From Candidatus Ozemobacteraceae bacterium (lineage in GTDB: Bacteria > Muiribacteriota > Ozemobacteria > Ozemobacterales > Ozemobacteraceae), in the NCBI GenBank assembly GCA_965140445.1, contig OZ223236.1, positions 3,968,001 to 4,032,000 on the forward strand: a DNA stretch of 64,000 nt. Reading direction: 5' to 3'. Under the pieces are notes generated by a model. The model saw only the letters and a program-made list of their open reading frames with translations, made no database searches and was not told the origin of the DNA. Numbering within the stretch: position 1 is the first letter of the stretch; each line of letters starts with the position of its first letter. Positions 35,571 through 45,374 of the stretch are shown piece after piece. The position numbers were made by a program, and so were the translations under genes.

Positions 35571-35825
35571 AACAATACCTGAATTCTTTTTTTATTAAGT
35601 TACAAGCTTTTTAAAGTATTTCAAGGAAAAAGATTTTTACTGTGTAACAGAATAAGGTTTTAGGTGTTTTTTTGCAATACCAGAGCAAGAACCTTAAGAT
35701 AACTTAAGAAAAGATTCACGCTATATCAATCATTTTTTAAATACATCTTACAGGCCAATATCATTTTTTTGATTAATTCTACCCGTTTTTTTTCCATTCC
35801 ATCTATTATCGTTAAGGGAATTAAA

Positions 35826-35854
35826 TTGACACCCGATACCAGTGCAAGTATCTT
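35826..35854 (+). promoter_or_regulatory. Sigma70-type promoter for the 35908 gene
   Basis: TTGACA-17 bp-TATCTT. Confidence 0.55.
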
Positions 35855-35907
35855 ATAGTGTTAAGCAGGGTACGGCCTGAAGAAATTCTAAAAACTGAGA
35901 GTAAACC

Positions 35908-36744
35908 ATGAAATTCAGCAGAAGAAGCTTTAAAAATATAAAAACCAGGGTTGTTTTCGCCCTGATTTTCACTTTGTTATTCCCTTATTCGTTGCTTGCA
36001 CAGGCAAGCCCGACATATAAAGTACCTAAAAACTCTCTTAGTTACTTCCTGCAGAATCCTTCGCAGAAAGAATATCTAGAAACTACCACAACTGATGCTG
36101 GAGCCGTAATTCCACCACTCACACCAATAGTTAATCAAGTTGAACCAGAAAAGATTCCAGTTGCCAATTATGAAGTTGCGGCAGCTGTTGATGAAAAAAC
36201 ACCAGAAATTTATCAAAGTCAGGATTCAATTAATTCGAACGAAGAAACTGAGCATTTTGAATTTTCGTGGAAATCTGATGTTCCTACTGCTCCAAAAAAC
36301 GAATCCACAGAAATTGTTGTTGCAGACTCAAGAGTTCAAGAACTCCCCCTTCAGACAAAAATGGGAAAAGACATTGTTATAGAAGAAGAAATGGTAATTG
36401 AGAACCCACTATCTAAATCAGCCCAAAGAAATCTGAAAATTGAAAAACCAGAACCTCTTCAGGTAAGAAATTCAAATCAAGTTACATTCCAAGCTTCAAA
36501 AATTAGCACACAAAAAACCTATCACAAAACAGATAACAAATTATTTTCAGTAGCTCTTGCTAAAATGGAAAAAAGAAAAGGTCAAAGAGAAATCGAAGCT
36601 CAAAAACTTGGAATTGTTCTTCCCAGCCAAAGCGGAGATGTTTCATCTGTTTCTCCAAGCCTGGCAAAAATCCAAAAGACACTTAAAGACATTACCGCCA
36701 GACACCATTGCCCTTCAAACGGCGATTGCAAATTCTGCGCGTGA
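35908..36744 (+). CDS. Exported hypothetical protein with a C-terminal HHC..C..C motif
   Basis: Signal-peptide-like N-terminus (RVVFALIFTLLFPYSLLAQA); shares a motif with the 13691-15010 protein. Confidence 0.75.
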   Translation: MKFSRRSFKNIKTRVVFALIFTLLFPYSLLAQASPTYKVPKNSLSYFLQNPSQKEYLETTTTDAGAVIPPLTPIVNQVEPEKIPVANYEVAAAVDEKTPEIYQSQDSINSNEETEHFEFSWKSDVPTAPKNESTEIVVADSRVQELPLQTKMGKDIVIEEEMVIENPLSKSAQRNLKIEKPEPLQVRNSNQVTFQASKISTQKTYHKTDNKLFSVALAKMEKRKGQREIEAQKLGIVLPSQSGDVSSVSPSLAKIQKTLKDITARHHCPSNGDCKFCA

Positions 36745-36803
36745 TACCCTTCCAATTATTTTTTTTCAGACGTCTTTATAAAGAAAATTGGGAAACTTAA
36801 ACG

Positions 36804-37538
36804 ATGTCTCTAGAATCAGATCTTTACAAAACCTATTCCTCTACGCATGTTTTTGCAGACCAAGAAAAAGCAACAGAAGCAAATGCTTTGGCTCCAAGGG
36901 CTGGATATATAATGGAGTTTATTTCAAATTTCTTTCCCTTGGATAAAAATGCTAAGATTTTAGACATTGGCTGCGGATATGGCGCAATATTGTTTTTTGC
37001 CAAAAAACTGGGTTATTCAAATTTAGTCGGATATGACCTTTCGGAAGAACAAGTTCGATTAGCTCAATCTTTCGGATTGTCAAATGAAGTTTTTCATGGG
37101 AATGCACTAGAAGAGCTAAAGCGGCAAAAAGACAATAGCTTGGACATCATAATTTCCTTTGACTTAATTGAGCACTTTAGCCTCGAAGAAATATACAGAC
37201 TTGGAAAAATAGTAAAAGCAAAACTTCGCCAGAACGGTAGCTGGTTGATTCATGCTCCAAACGGTGAATCTCCTTTTGCAAATAAAGTTTTCAGCGGTGA
37301 TCTCACACACAAAACACTTCTAACACAGAACTCAGCACACCAACTCTTATTAAATTGTGGTTTTCAAAGCATTTCCTGCTACGAGGACTTACCGCCAAAG
37401 GGGAGTCTCAAAAATCGAATTCGCAGATTTCTCTGGTTGGTGATTCGCAATCTTCTATCGATTTACATGATAATTGAAACAGGAACCAGCAAAGGCTCAA
37501 TCTTCTCTCAAAATTTTGTTATAAAAGCAGCTTTATAA
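36804..37538 (+). CDS. Class I SAM-dependent methyltransferase
   Basis: ILDIGCGYG, FDLIEH, HAPN and DLTH. Confidence 0.88.
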   Translation: MSLESDLYKTYSSTHVFADQEKATEANALAPRAGYIMEFISNFFPLDKNAKILDIGCGYGAILFFAKKLGYSNLVGYDLSEEQVRLAQSFGLSNEVFHGNALEELKRQKDNSLDIIISFDLIEHFSLEEIYRLGKIVKAKLRQNGSWLIHAPNGESPFANKVFSGDLTHKTLLTQNSAHQLLLNCGFQSISCYEDLPPKGSLKNRIRRFLWLVIRNLLSIYMIIETGTSKGSIFSQNFVIKAAL

Positions 37539-37556
37539 GCTCTAATTGGGAAAAAA

Positions 37557-38309
37557 ATGATAAAAAAACTCATCTCTCCTAACTCTATGCTAGGCAAGAT
37601 TGTTCGCTTGCCACTGAAGCTTCTCCCTGGAAGATTGATTTTAAGGATTTTTTCAGGCCTCAACAAAGGCAAAAAATGGCGAATTGGATCAAGCATAAAC
37701 GGATGCTGGCTTGGAATTTACGAGAAACAATTGCAAAATCGACTTCCACAATTAGTGAAACCTGGCATGGTTTGCTGGGACGTAGGAGCAAACGTAGGAT
37801 TTTATACCCTTGCCTTGTCTAAATTAGCAGGCAAAAGCGGAACTGTCATAGCTTTTGAACCAAACTCTAGAAACATGACACACCTGCTAGAGCACATAAA
37901 TATCAACAATCTGATAAATGTATCGGCCTTTCAATTTGCTTTTTCCGACAAAGAGACGGTAATTGGCTTTGATGTTGGCAACCACCATGCCACGGGGAGA
38001 ATTTCTCAAAAATCAAAATACTTTATACCTGCATTTTCAGGCGACTACTTAGTAAGCAATAACCTAGCAATGGCTCCAGACTTCATAAAAATTGACATAG
38101 AGGGTGCTGAAGGGCTTTTTTTGAAAGGATTTGAAAAAACAATAAAGCAAAAAAAGCCCACCATACTTCTCTCTTTGCATGGCATTGATGCCGAAAAATT
38201 TTGCGTTAATTTTTTGAAAAAAGCCGGCTACAAAATCACGAACTCTGAATTGAAAGAGTTTAATGGCGAAAATGATTTAATTGCAGTATTTGATAAAGAA
38301 AAAAAATAA
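37557..38309 (+). CDS. FkbM-family methyltransferase
   Basis: WDVGANVGFY, AFEP and PDFIKIDIEGAE. Confidence 0.9.
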   Translation: MIKKLISPNSMLGKIVRLPLKLLPGRLILRIFSGLNKGKKWRIGSSINGCWLGIYEKQLQNRLPQLVKPGMVCWDVGANVGFYTLALSKLAGKSGTVIAFEPNSRNMTHLLEHININNLINVSAFQFAFSDKETVIGFDVGNHHATGRISQKSKYFIPAFSGDYLVSNNLAMAPDFIKIDIEGAEGLFLKGFEKTIKQKKPTILLSLHGIDAEKFCVNFLKKAGYKITNSELKEFNGENDLIAVFDKEKK

Positions 38310-38354
38310 AAGCAAGCCACAAAAAAAAACAACTAACTCCTCATCAATGCTCCA

Positions 38355-40232
38355 TCACACAGTCACATTTTGAGATTTTAACCACCGATCTAAAACATAC
38401 AAGGACCATACTCTCGTCCAGTCAGTTTTTCCATTTTTAAATCGAGCCCAAATCTCTCTAAATCCAGAATCACAAAAAACAGAAAAAGGCGAAAAAAACG
38501 TTTCCTCCATTCTTTTCGCCATGGAGCTTAAAATCCATTTTTGGTATGGCAAAACAAATCCTTGTTTTGGTCGAGAGGCACATTCAATAGGAATATCGCC
38601 CACTGTATCTAACAGAAAACTTTTCGGACACTCGCCAGAAACCTTTAGCCTCCCTGAAAAACCAAACATAGTCTCTATCAATTCAAAATCAATCAACGGA
38701 ACCCTAACTTCCAAGGCGTGGGCCATACTCATCTGGTCCGCGTCTCTTAAGAGAGTTGAAAGCATATAACTCACCGTCTCTAAAAACGATATCTTATTAA
38801 TCTTATCAGCTTCTCGACAATGAGACAGCATTTTTCCAGCATAGCTTTTATCGAACCAAAATTTTCCAGCATTAATTAGTTCACCATCGACAAGATTAAA
38901 AATCTGAAATCTATCAAATAGCTCACGCGACAAAAAATACGAGTCTAGCGGAAAATTCTTGGCTAAAAACGCCTTGCGCGTAAAACTAGAAGTTGAAAAT
39001 TTCAAACCAATTTTACACAAAACATCAGGGATATACTGTAGATAAGGGAAATATTTCCTTATTTGTAAATGTTTTTTAAATCTATTATAACCACAAAAAA
39101 GCTCATCGCCACCAATCCCAGACAATGCAACGGTAAGACCAGACTCTTTTGCCATTTTAGAAACAAACCATGTATTTAAGCCGTCCACACTTGGTTGGTC
39201 GAAGCTATTCAACGCTGATTCAAGATTTGCATTAAAAACGCTCTCGGTAAGCTGGCAAATCTCAAGATTCACTCCAAGCTTGTCTGCCACAGACCTGGCA
39301 TGGCGACTTTCATCAAAATCTGCATCCGCAAAAGAAACAGAAAAAGCTCGAACTTCACTGCTCTCAGCTCTCTTCATTAAGCTAACTATTGTCGAGCTGT
39401 CAATTCCTCCACTTAAAAACGCCCCTAAAGGCACATCTGAAATCATTTCGATAGCTACAGACTCTTTGAGTTTCTCAGCAACCACTTGCAAAGCTGTATC
39501 ATAATCCTGAGATCCATCAAAACCACTGACCCTTGGCAGCCAATACTTGGAAACCTGAAAAAACACCTCCCCATCTCTGTATTCTAATTGCCCCCAACTG
39601 CCAGGATTTAGGGATAAAACTCCATCAATTAGAGTATAGGGCTCTTGTAGAGAGCCATAACTCAAATAAGACAGCAGGCCTCTAGTGCAAAGTCGACGAG
39701 GAACTGCATTAGAACTCAAAACAGAGCGCACCTCTGACGAAAAAACAAAAATATCATCCGTTTTATAATAATAAAGAGGTTTAACTCCAACATGATCTCT
39801 TGCAAGAATAATTCTTTTTTTACTGTTGTCCCAAATAGCAAGAGCAAAAATACCTCTTAAACGACTAAAAACATCCGTTCCCCACGCCGCATAACCTTTT
39901 AAGATAACTTCGGTATCAGTATTAGAACTAAATTTTACATGAGGGAATTTTTGTATTATTTCTTTCTTTAGAATCTGAAAATTATAAATTTCACCATTAA
40001 AAACAATAAAATCGCCATTTTCATTATTAAGCATAGGTTGATGACCGCTTTTTGAAACATCCAAAATAGCTAATCTCGTATGCCCCAGACAGTATAAGTT
40101 ATCTTTGCCAAAAAACTTAACACCACTATCATCGGGTCCTCTGTGTTTAATAGCATTAACCATTCGTTCCAATGCATTCGAATTAGCATAAGAATCCTGT
40201 GATAATCGAACCAATCCAGCAATACCACACAT
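38355..40232 (-). CDS. asnB: Asparagine synthase (glutamine-hydrolyzing) family amidotransferase, glycan-associated
   Basis: MCGIAG, HRGPD, FNGEIYN, FLSGGIDSS, SGIGGDE and SMAHALEVRVP. Confidence 0.92.
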   Translation of the reverse strand: MCGIAGLVRLSQDSYANSNALERMVNAIKHRGPDDSGVKFFGKDNLYCLGHTRLAILDVSKSGHQPMLNNENGDFIVFNGEIYNFQILKKEIIQKFPHVKFSSNTDTEVILKGYAAWGTDVFSRLRGIFALAIWDNSKKRIILARDHVGVKPLYYYKTDDIFVFSSEVRSVLSSNAVPRRLCTRGLLSYLSYGSLQEPYTLIDGVLSLNPGSWGQLEYRDGEVFFQVSKYWLPRVSGFDGSQDYDTALQVVAEKLKESVAIEMISDVPLGAFLSGGIDSSTIVSLMKRAESSEVRAFSVSFADADFDESRHARSVADKLGVNLEICQLTESVFNANLESALNSFDQPSVDGLNTWFVSKMAKESGLTVALSGIGGDELFCGYNRFKKHLQIRKYFPYLQYIPDVLCKIGLKFSTSSFTRKAFLAKNFPLDSYFLSRELFDRFQIFNLVDGELINAGKFWFDKSYAGKMLSHCREADKINKISFLETVSYMLSTLLRDADQMSMAHALEVRVPLIDFELIETMFGFSGRLKVSGECPKSFLLDTVGDIPIECASRPKQGFVLPYQKWILSSMAKRMEETFFSPFSVFCDSGFREIWARFKNGKTDWTRVWSLYVLDRWLKSQNVTV

Positions 40233-40277
40233 TTGAATCTTTCTCCCGACTACTTACAAAATTTCTCGAAAATACGA

Positions 40278-41405
40278 TTAAAATTTTTCCAAAATTTGCT
40301 CATAAACTTTACAAGTTTTTTCGGCACATAAATCCCAGGAAAACTTTTTAGACCAGTCTAACCCCATTTCTCTATATTTCTTCCAGACTTGCCTATCTGA
40401 AAAAAGACTTCGAATCTGTTCACAAAACCCCATTACATCTAACGGATCTGCAATGATAGCACAATCCCCAACCACCTCTGGCAGAGATCCTGCATTTGAA
40501 ACAGCAACAGGAGTACCACAAGCCATCGCCTCAATAGGTGGCATTCCAAAACCCTCATAAAGAGAAGGAAACAATAACAAATCAACGGATCCATACAAAG
40601 AAGCCAACTCATCTGCAGATAAAAATCCAGTAGAAAAAACTCTATCATTTACAGAATAAGCATCGACTAGCGCTTTCCATGCGGGGCTTTCTCCCCCAAC
40701 ACGAACAAGATAAACCGGTTTCCCAGCTACTTTTTGCAGTTCTTTTAAAATTTTAATGGAGGTTTCGTGATTTTTATAATCAATTGCTCCAGTTATTAAG
40801 ATTACAAAGCCATTCTTTTCTGGAAATGGAAATTTTTTCCTACATTCATTTCTATTTTCCTTAGACTGAGGACAAAACAATTTAGACACACCATTGTGTA
40901 TAACATGAATTTTTTTGCTTCTACAGTTTAATAGTTTTTCAATATCTTTTTTGGAATTATTGCTCACAGTAATAATTCCGGCTGCTTTGCGCAAAAAAGA
41001 AAGCGAAAATTCCACAAAAGCCGGTCTAAAACTTGCCTTCATGCCATTTATTAACCCCCTATGTGCGAGAATCGGAATTAAATCATGAACAGTTACAACG
41101 CATTTTGAAGGATCTAAAATAGGCAACAAGTGTGTATATCCATGATCTAGTATATGAAAAACATCCGCATCCAATTTCCTAGCCTGCATGGGGTAAGTAA
41201 AAAACCTCGAAAATCTCATTTTTATTCCCCAAAAATCGGGAATAACCTGCAACCATTGAGAAATTTGAGGAGTAAAAGATCGAGCAAAAAAATTCTTTTT
41301 CTGATTATTTATTCCAGACTTTAAACTCTCAGAGTAGTAGTCCATACTTACCCTACAATCTTCCTTAAAACAATTCATCAATAAAATTTTCTGCAAGCGC
41401 GCCAC
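40278..41405 (-). CDS. Glycosyltransferase family 4
   Basis: TVHDLIP and FPSLYEGFGMPPIEAMACGTPV. Confidence 0.92.
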   Translation of the reverse strand: MARLQKILLMNCFKEDCRVSMDYYSESLKSGINNQKKNFFARSFTPQISQWLQVIPDFWGIKMRFSRFFTYPMQARKLDADVFHILDHGYTHLLPILDPSKCVVTVHDLIPILAHRGLINGMKASFRPAFVEFSLSFLRKAAGIITVSNNSKKDIEKLLNCRSKKIHVIHNGVSKLFCPQSKENRNECRKKFPFPEKNGFVILITGAIDYKNHETSIKILKELQKVAGKPVYLVRVGGESPAWKALVDAYSVNDRVFSTGFLSADELASLYGSVDLLLFPSLYEGFGMPPIEAMACGTPVAVSNAGSLPEVVGDCAIIADPLDVMGFCEQIRSLFSDRQVWKKYREMGLDWSKKFSWDLCAEKTCKVYEQILEKF

Positions 41406-41461
41406 CTCAAAATAGTTAAAACAAACTTGAACTTAGTAAACTCACCTAAGCAAAACAAAAA

Positions 41462-41490
41462 TTGCCAGTCTACAGTATTTATTCTACTAT
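41462..41490 (+). promoter_or_regulatory. Sigma70-type promoter for the + strand glycan operon
   Basis: TTGCCA-17 bp-TACTAT. Confidence 0.5.
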
Positions 41491-41637
41491 AGTTTGGTAA
41501 TATAAAGGAAAACTAAACTCCTTCAAAATGATTTCGAGTAAAAAATCTGCTTTTATTTCCGTTTAGAAATCTTTTTATTGAAAATAAAAAACAATCTGGG
41601 CCATAATCTAACAAAAAAACTTAACCAAAGGCTTTTT

Positions 41638-42822
41638 ATGGAAACGAAAATACGACTTGGCTATTTGGTAACCCATCCAATTCAATACCAGGCACCAATG
41701 CTAAGACAGCTATCTAAAGTGCCCTGGATAGATTTGGAAGTTGCTTTTTGCTCGCCACTATCTATGAATGGCTACTTTGACAAAGAATTTAATCGAATTA
41801 TAAGATGGGACGTGCCATTAACAAGTGGATACCGAAGTTCATTTTTAAAAAGTTTTGGAACAAACAAAATCGTAAATTTCTGGCGACCATTTAATTTTGG
41901 TTTGCTAAAATTTTTAAAAGAAAAAAAAATTCAAATCTTATTGATTCATGGATACAACAGATTTTTTCACTGGTGGGCAATTTTGCTTTGCAAACTTCTT
42001 AGAATAAGGGTAATGATCAGAGATGAGGCCTGGGAAAAGAGTAGAAAACGAGATTTAAAAAACAAGATATTAAATAGAATTCGTTTTTATATTTTGAATG
42101 AGTTTGTAGATCAATTTTTAGCGATCGGGACCAACAACCTCGAGTATTATAAAAAAATGGGAATTCCATCAAGAAAAATTGATATTGCTCCTTATGCCGT
42201 AGACAATTCTTTTTTTAAAAAAAATGTCTCAGAATCAAAAACTAATGAAATAAAAAAAATGCTAAAAATTCCCAGTGATGCTCCAGTAATTTTATATGCA
42301 AGCAAATTAATGGCTAGAAAAAATGCTAATTTATTGCTGGATTCATTCAAATTATTTGTTCAAGAAACAAATAGCAAAGCTCACCTTATATTTGTTGGAG
42401 ACGGCGAACTATTTGACCAATTAAAAAAATTTTCAGAAGAAAACGTACTATCCCAAACAGTTCATATGGTTGGTTTTAAAAACCAAAGAGAGCTCAAACT
42501 TTATTACGATCTTTGTGATGTATTTATATTACCCTCCTCCAATGAAGCATGGGGACTGGTAATCAACGAGGCTATGGCACATGGCAAAGCCGTAATTGCT
42601 AGTGAAGAGGTCGGTTGCGCAAAAGATCTAATCGAAAATGGAAATAATGGATATATTTTTAAGTTAGACGAAAAAAACAGCTTATTTTTCTCAATAAAGG
42701 CCATCCTAAAATCTAAAGATATTGCTCAATCAATGGGAAAAAATAGCCTTAGAAAGATTACTCCTTGGAATATTTCTAAAACGGTAGAGGGAATCCTTAG
42801 AGGAATAAAGAAGTGTCTATGA
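41638..42822 (+). CDS. Glycosyltransferase family 4
   Basis: THPIQYQAP and LPSSNEAWGLVINEAMAHG. ATG 41638 preferred over the TTG at 41578. Confidence 0.9.
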   Translation: METKIRLGYLVTHPIQYQAPMLRQLSKVPWIDLEVAFCSPLSMNGYFDKEFNRIIRWDVPLTSGYRSSFLKSFGTNKIVNFWRPFNFGLLKFLKEKKIQILLIHGYNRFFHWWAILLCKLLRIRVMIRDEAWEKSRKRDLKNKILNRIRFYILNEFVDQFLAIGTNNLEYYKKMGIPSRKIDIAPYAVDNSFFKKNVSESKTNEIKKMLKIPSDAPVILYASKLMARKNANLLLDSFKLFVQETNSKAHLIFVGDGELFDQLKKFSEENVLSQTVHMVGFKNQRELKLYYDLCDVFILPSSNEAWGLVINEAMAHGKAVIASEEVGCAKDLIENGNNGYIFKLDEKNSLFFSIKAILKSKDIAQSMGKNSLRKITPWNISKTVEGILRGIKKCL

Positions 42823-44069
42823 AAAAAAGAATTTCTTTCCCAAAAATTTTGGTCCAAGAGGATTTATTTTTCAGTAACCGCCTGCCTCCTGGTTTGAAAT
42901 TTGAGAAAAAATCCATTTTTAAAAATCTATTAAAATCTGTTTTCAACTTTTATCCAAGACGAAGAGCTCCGAAAATACACTCTAAAATAAAAAATATTGC
43001 AATCTTTAGATTTGGTGGAATTGGAGATTTAATTGCACTTACTGGTTTTATAAAAACATTGCGAAAAGCATATTCACCAGAAAATATTATTCTGGTTACT
43101 TCTGACTTGGGCTTTGAAATTCTAAAAAATCACCCTGAAATAGACCAAATTGTTTGCCATTCTAGAATCCAGTTTTCATTTTGTTGGAAAAAATTGATTT
43201 CTGACGTTTATTTTTTGCAAAAACTTGGAAAACGAAAAATCGACATTGCTTTCTTCACTCACAACGATCACAGAAGCCTATTTATGGGACATTTCTTGAA
43301 ATCGCGATATAAAATAGGGCACAACAATAACAATAATGGCTATAGGCTATCTTTAACTCATTTCGCTAGTATGTTTTCTAAAACTTCTAAGAACGCTAAA
43401 TACGATTTTAGCGACGGTCCCAAAATGTTTTTTGAGCTTCTGGAAGCCTTTGAAAGTAGAAAATTTCCGAATTCCTGGCCAAGTTTAATTTTGCAGGAAT
43501 CTGAAATAAGCTGGGCAAAAAAAGAGTTAAAAAATCTTGGCTTTACAAAAAACATGGTAGCATTTCTTCCTGGCGGAACTGAACCTAACAAGCTTTGGCC
43601 AAGCAAATATTGGATTAATTTGGCTAAAGAGTTTTTTCAAGACTCGAAATACCAGATTGTATTATTAACAGGGGCAGAACAAAATTACCTGAAAAATGAG
43701 TTTAAAAGCAGCAGTTTAAACTTAAATACCATTCTAATATCTGCAGGCGATTATAACCTTCGTGAGTCCCTGGCTTTACTATCTCTTTGCAAAGTTGCAA
43801 TTGGTAACGACACGGGATTCATGCACGCTGCCGTAGCTCTAGGATTAAAAACCATAGGTCTTTTTGGCCCTACTTCTTTTTTTTATTATGGATATATTTC
43901 CTTCAAAAATTGTATCTTGCAAGGAGCTTGTAAATATTCGCCGTGCGGATTAGGAATCTGCCCTCTGTTAAGTACAAGAGATATCCCCTCACCGTGCATG
44001 AAATCGATATCCGTTCCCAAAGTTTATGAAAAATTTGTTACTCTAACAAACCTTACTGATGAATTTTAA
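42819..44069 (+). CDS. Glycosyltransferase family 9 (heptosyltransferase-like)
   Basis: RFGGIGD, PGG...KLWP and GNDTGFMHAAVALG...GLFGPT. ATGA overlap with the upstream gene. Confidence 0.88.
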   Translation: MKKRISFPKILVQEDLFFSNRLPPGLKFEKKSIFKNLLKSVFNFYPRRRAPKIHSKIKNIAIFRFGGIGDLIALTGFIKTLRKAYSPENIILVTSDLGFEILKNHPEIDQIVCHSRIQFSFCWKKLISDVYFLQKLGKRKIDIAFFTHNDHRSLFMGHFLKSRYKIGHNNNNNGYRLSLTHFASMFSKTSKNAKYDFSDGPKMFFELLEAFESRKFPNSWPSLILQESEISWAKKELKNLGFTKNMVAFLPGGTEPNKLWPSKYWINLAKEFFQDSKYQIVLLTGAEQNYLKNEFKSSSLNLNTILISAGDYNLRESLALLSLCKVAIGNDTGFMHAAVALGLKTIGLFGPTSFFYYGYISFKNCILQGACKYSPCGLGICPLLSTRDIPSPCMKSISVPKVYEKFVTLTNLTDEF

Positions 44070-45354
44070 GTTTATAAATTTTTCATGGATAAAACGGCAA
44101 CTTACTGAGCTAACCCCATTATGGATAAGCTCGTTTTTAAAGGCTGTATTTAATCTCATTTTTTCAATTTTGATCATAAATAACTCTACCCCTAATGTTT
44201 ATGCAAGCTATCTAATTGGCCTTGGGTTTTATTCTTTAGCCGGACAATTAGCTGACTCTGGAGTTAGTAGTTGTGCAGCAATGTTAGTAACGACACAGAA
44301 AAATTCTAAACAGCGATTTGATTTGTATAGAAAAATTGCCTTTACTACCTTGAAAAAAACCTCAATAGCTTGCCTAATATTTCTTTTGCCACTAGTTGTA
44401 GGATATATTGCAAAAAAAAGCCTTGAAAGTAACGATATCATTTGTATCCTACTCTTTTTTCTTCTTGGCTTCATAAGTAATATTGCCACAACCAACAGCT
44501 GCTTCATATATTCAACAGGAAGATTCAGAATCTTTGCCAAAGCAACCACAATGCCATCGTTTCTAAGATTAGTCTCAACAGGTTTTATTCTTTTAAAGAC
44601 AGGTTTTCTGTCATTCAATAGCTTAATGTTTCTTCATGTAATCTTTACCTTGTTTGAATACATTTTTGCAAAAAATTATCTAAAGACAGTTTTAAAAGAC
44701 ATGGATATTGGTATCTTCAAGGAAAAGGCTGATGAAATTAAGCTTAAATTATATGAAATGCTCAAGCCTTCAATTCTTTGTAGGTATTTTGACTCGCTCG
44801 CTTACAACTCCACCTTGATTGGATCTTCCGTTTTTGCAGGGAATGTATCGATAGCTTCTTTTGGAGTCTTCCAAAAGTTACTGCAAATATTTTCCCTTGT
44901 AATCTCACCCATAATTGACTTTGGAACACGAAAACTTCGATTAAAAAATGAAAATAAAACAAGAAATGAGTTTGTAATTCTATCTGGCGCTAACGCCAGT
45001 TACTTAGTGTTTTTTTCATCAATGTTTTGTGTTTATTACTTTTGTGGTAAGTTTTTTTCACACTATAGCTTAAACAACAATCTTGCATTTGCAATCTTCC
45101 TTTTTGCAAATTACATTGGCTTTCTTACTAAAATCATTGATTCATTCCTATTTGCAAGAACTCAGACTCAACATAGAGTCGCTGGTTCTCTTTTAAAGCT
45201 TATCACAACGAGTCTAGTAATTTTGTTTTTAAAACCCGAATCTGTTTATCAAGTTAGCCTTGTAAGCCTCTTATCTTTGATACCGCCTTTGATTGTTTAC
45301 CTAGTTACCTGGTTGCAATTACTTTATAAACAAAAGAAAATTTCCTTAACATAA
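44059..45354 (+). CDS. Multi-TM polysaccharide export protein (Wzx flippase-like)
   Basis: About 12 hydrophobic segments; Y..Y.......LADSG N-terminal pattern; glycan operon context. Confidence 0.6.
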   Translation: MNFKFINFSWIKRQLTELTPLWISSFLKAVFNLIFSILIINNSTPNVYASYLIGLGFYSLAGQLADSGVSSCAAMLVTTQKNSKQRFDLYRKIAFTTLKKTSIACLIFLLPLVVGYIAKKSLESNDIICILLFFLLGFISNIATTNSCFIYSTGRFRIFAKATTMPSFLRLVSTGFILLKTGFLSFNSLMFLHVIFTLFEYIFAKNYLKTVLKDMDIGIFKEKADEIKLKLYEMLKPSILCRYFDSLAYNSTLIGSSVFAGNVSIASFGVFQKLLQIFSLVISPIIDFGTRKLRLKNENKTRNEFVILSGANASYLVFFSSMFCVYYFCGKFFSHYSLNNNLAFAIFLFANYIGFLTKIIDSFLFARTQTQHRVAGSLLKLITTSLVILFLKPESVYQVSLVSLLSLIPPLIVYLVTWLQLLYKQKKISLT

Positions 45355-45374
45355 AATAGTGCTATAATTACATA

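Noticed and set aside
29257..40232. Lasso peptide cluster (YxxPxL leader, RRE, kinase, nucleotidyltransferase, nearby AsnB homolog)
   Set aside because: The AsnB at 38355-40232 keeps the N-terminal Cys glutaminase (MCG), sits behind a GT4 in a separate unit, and no transglutaminase-like B2 peptidase is present. The core is a long CxxG repeat and the coupled enzyme is a radical SAM.
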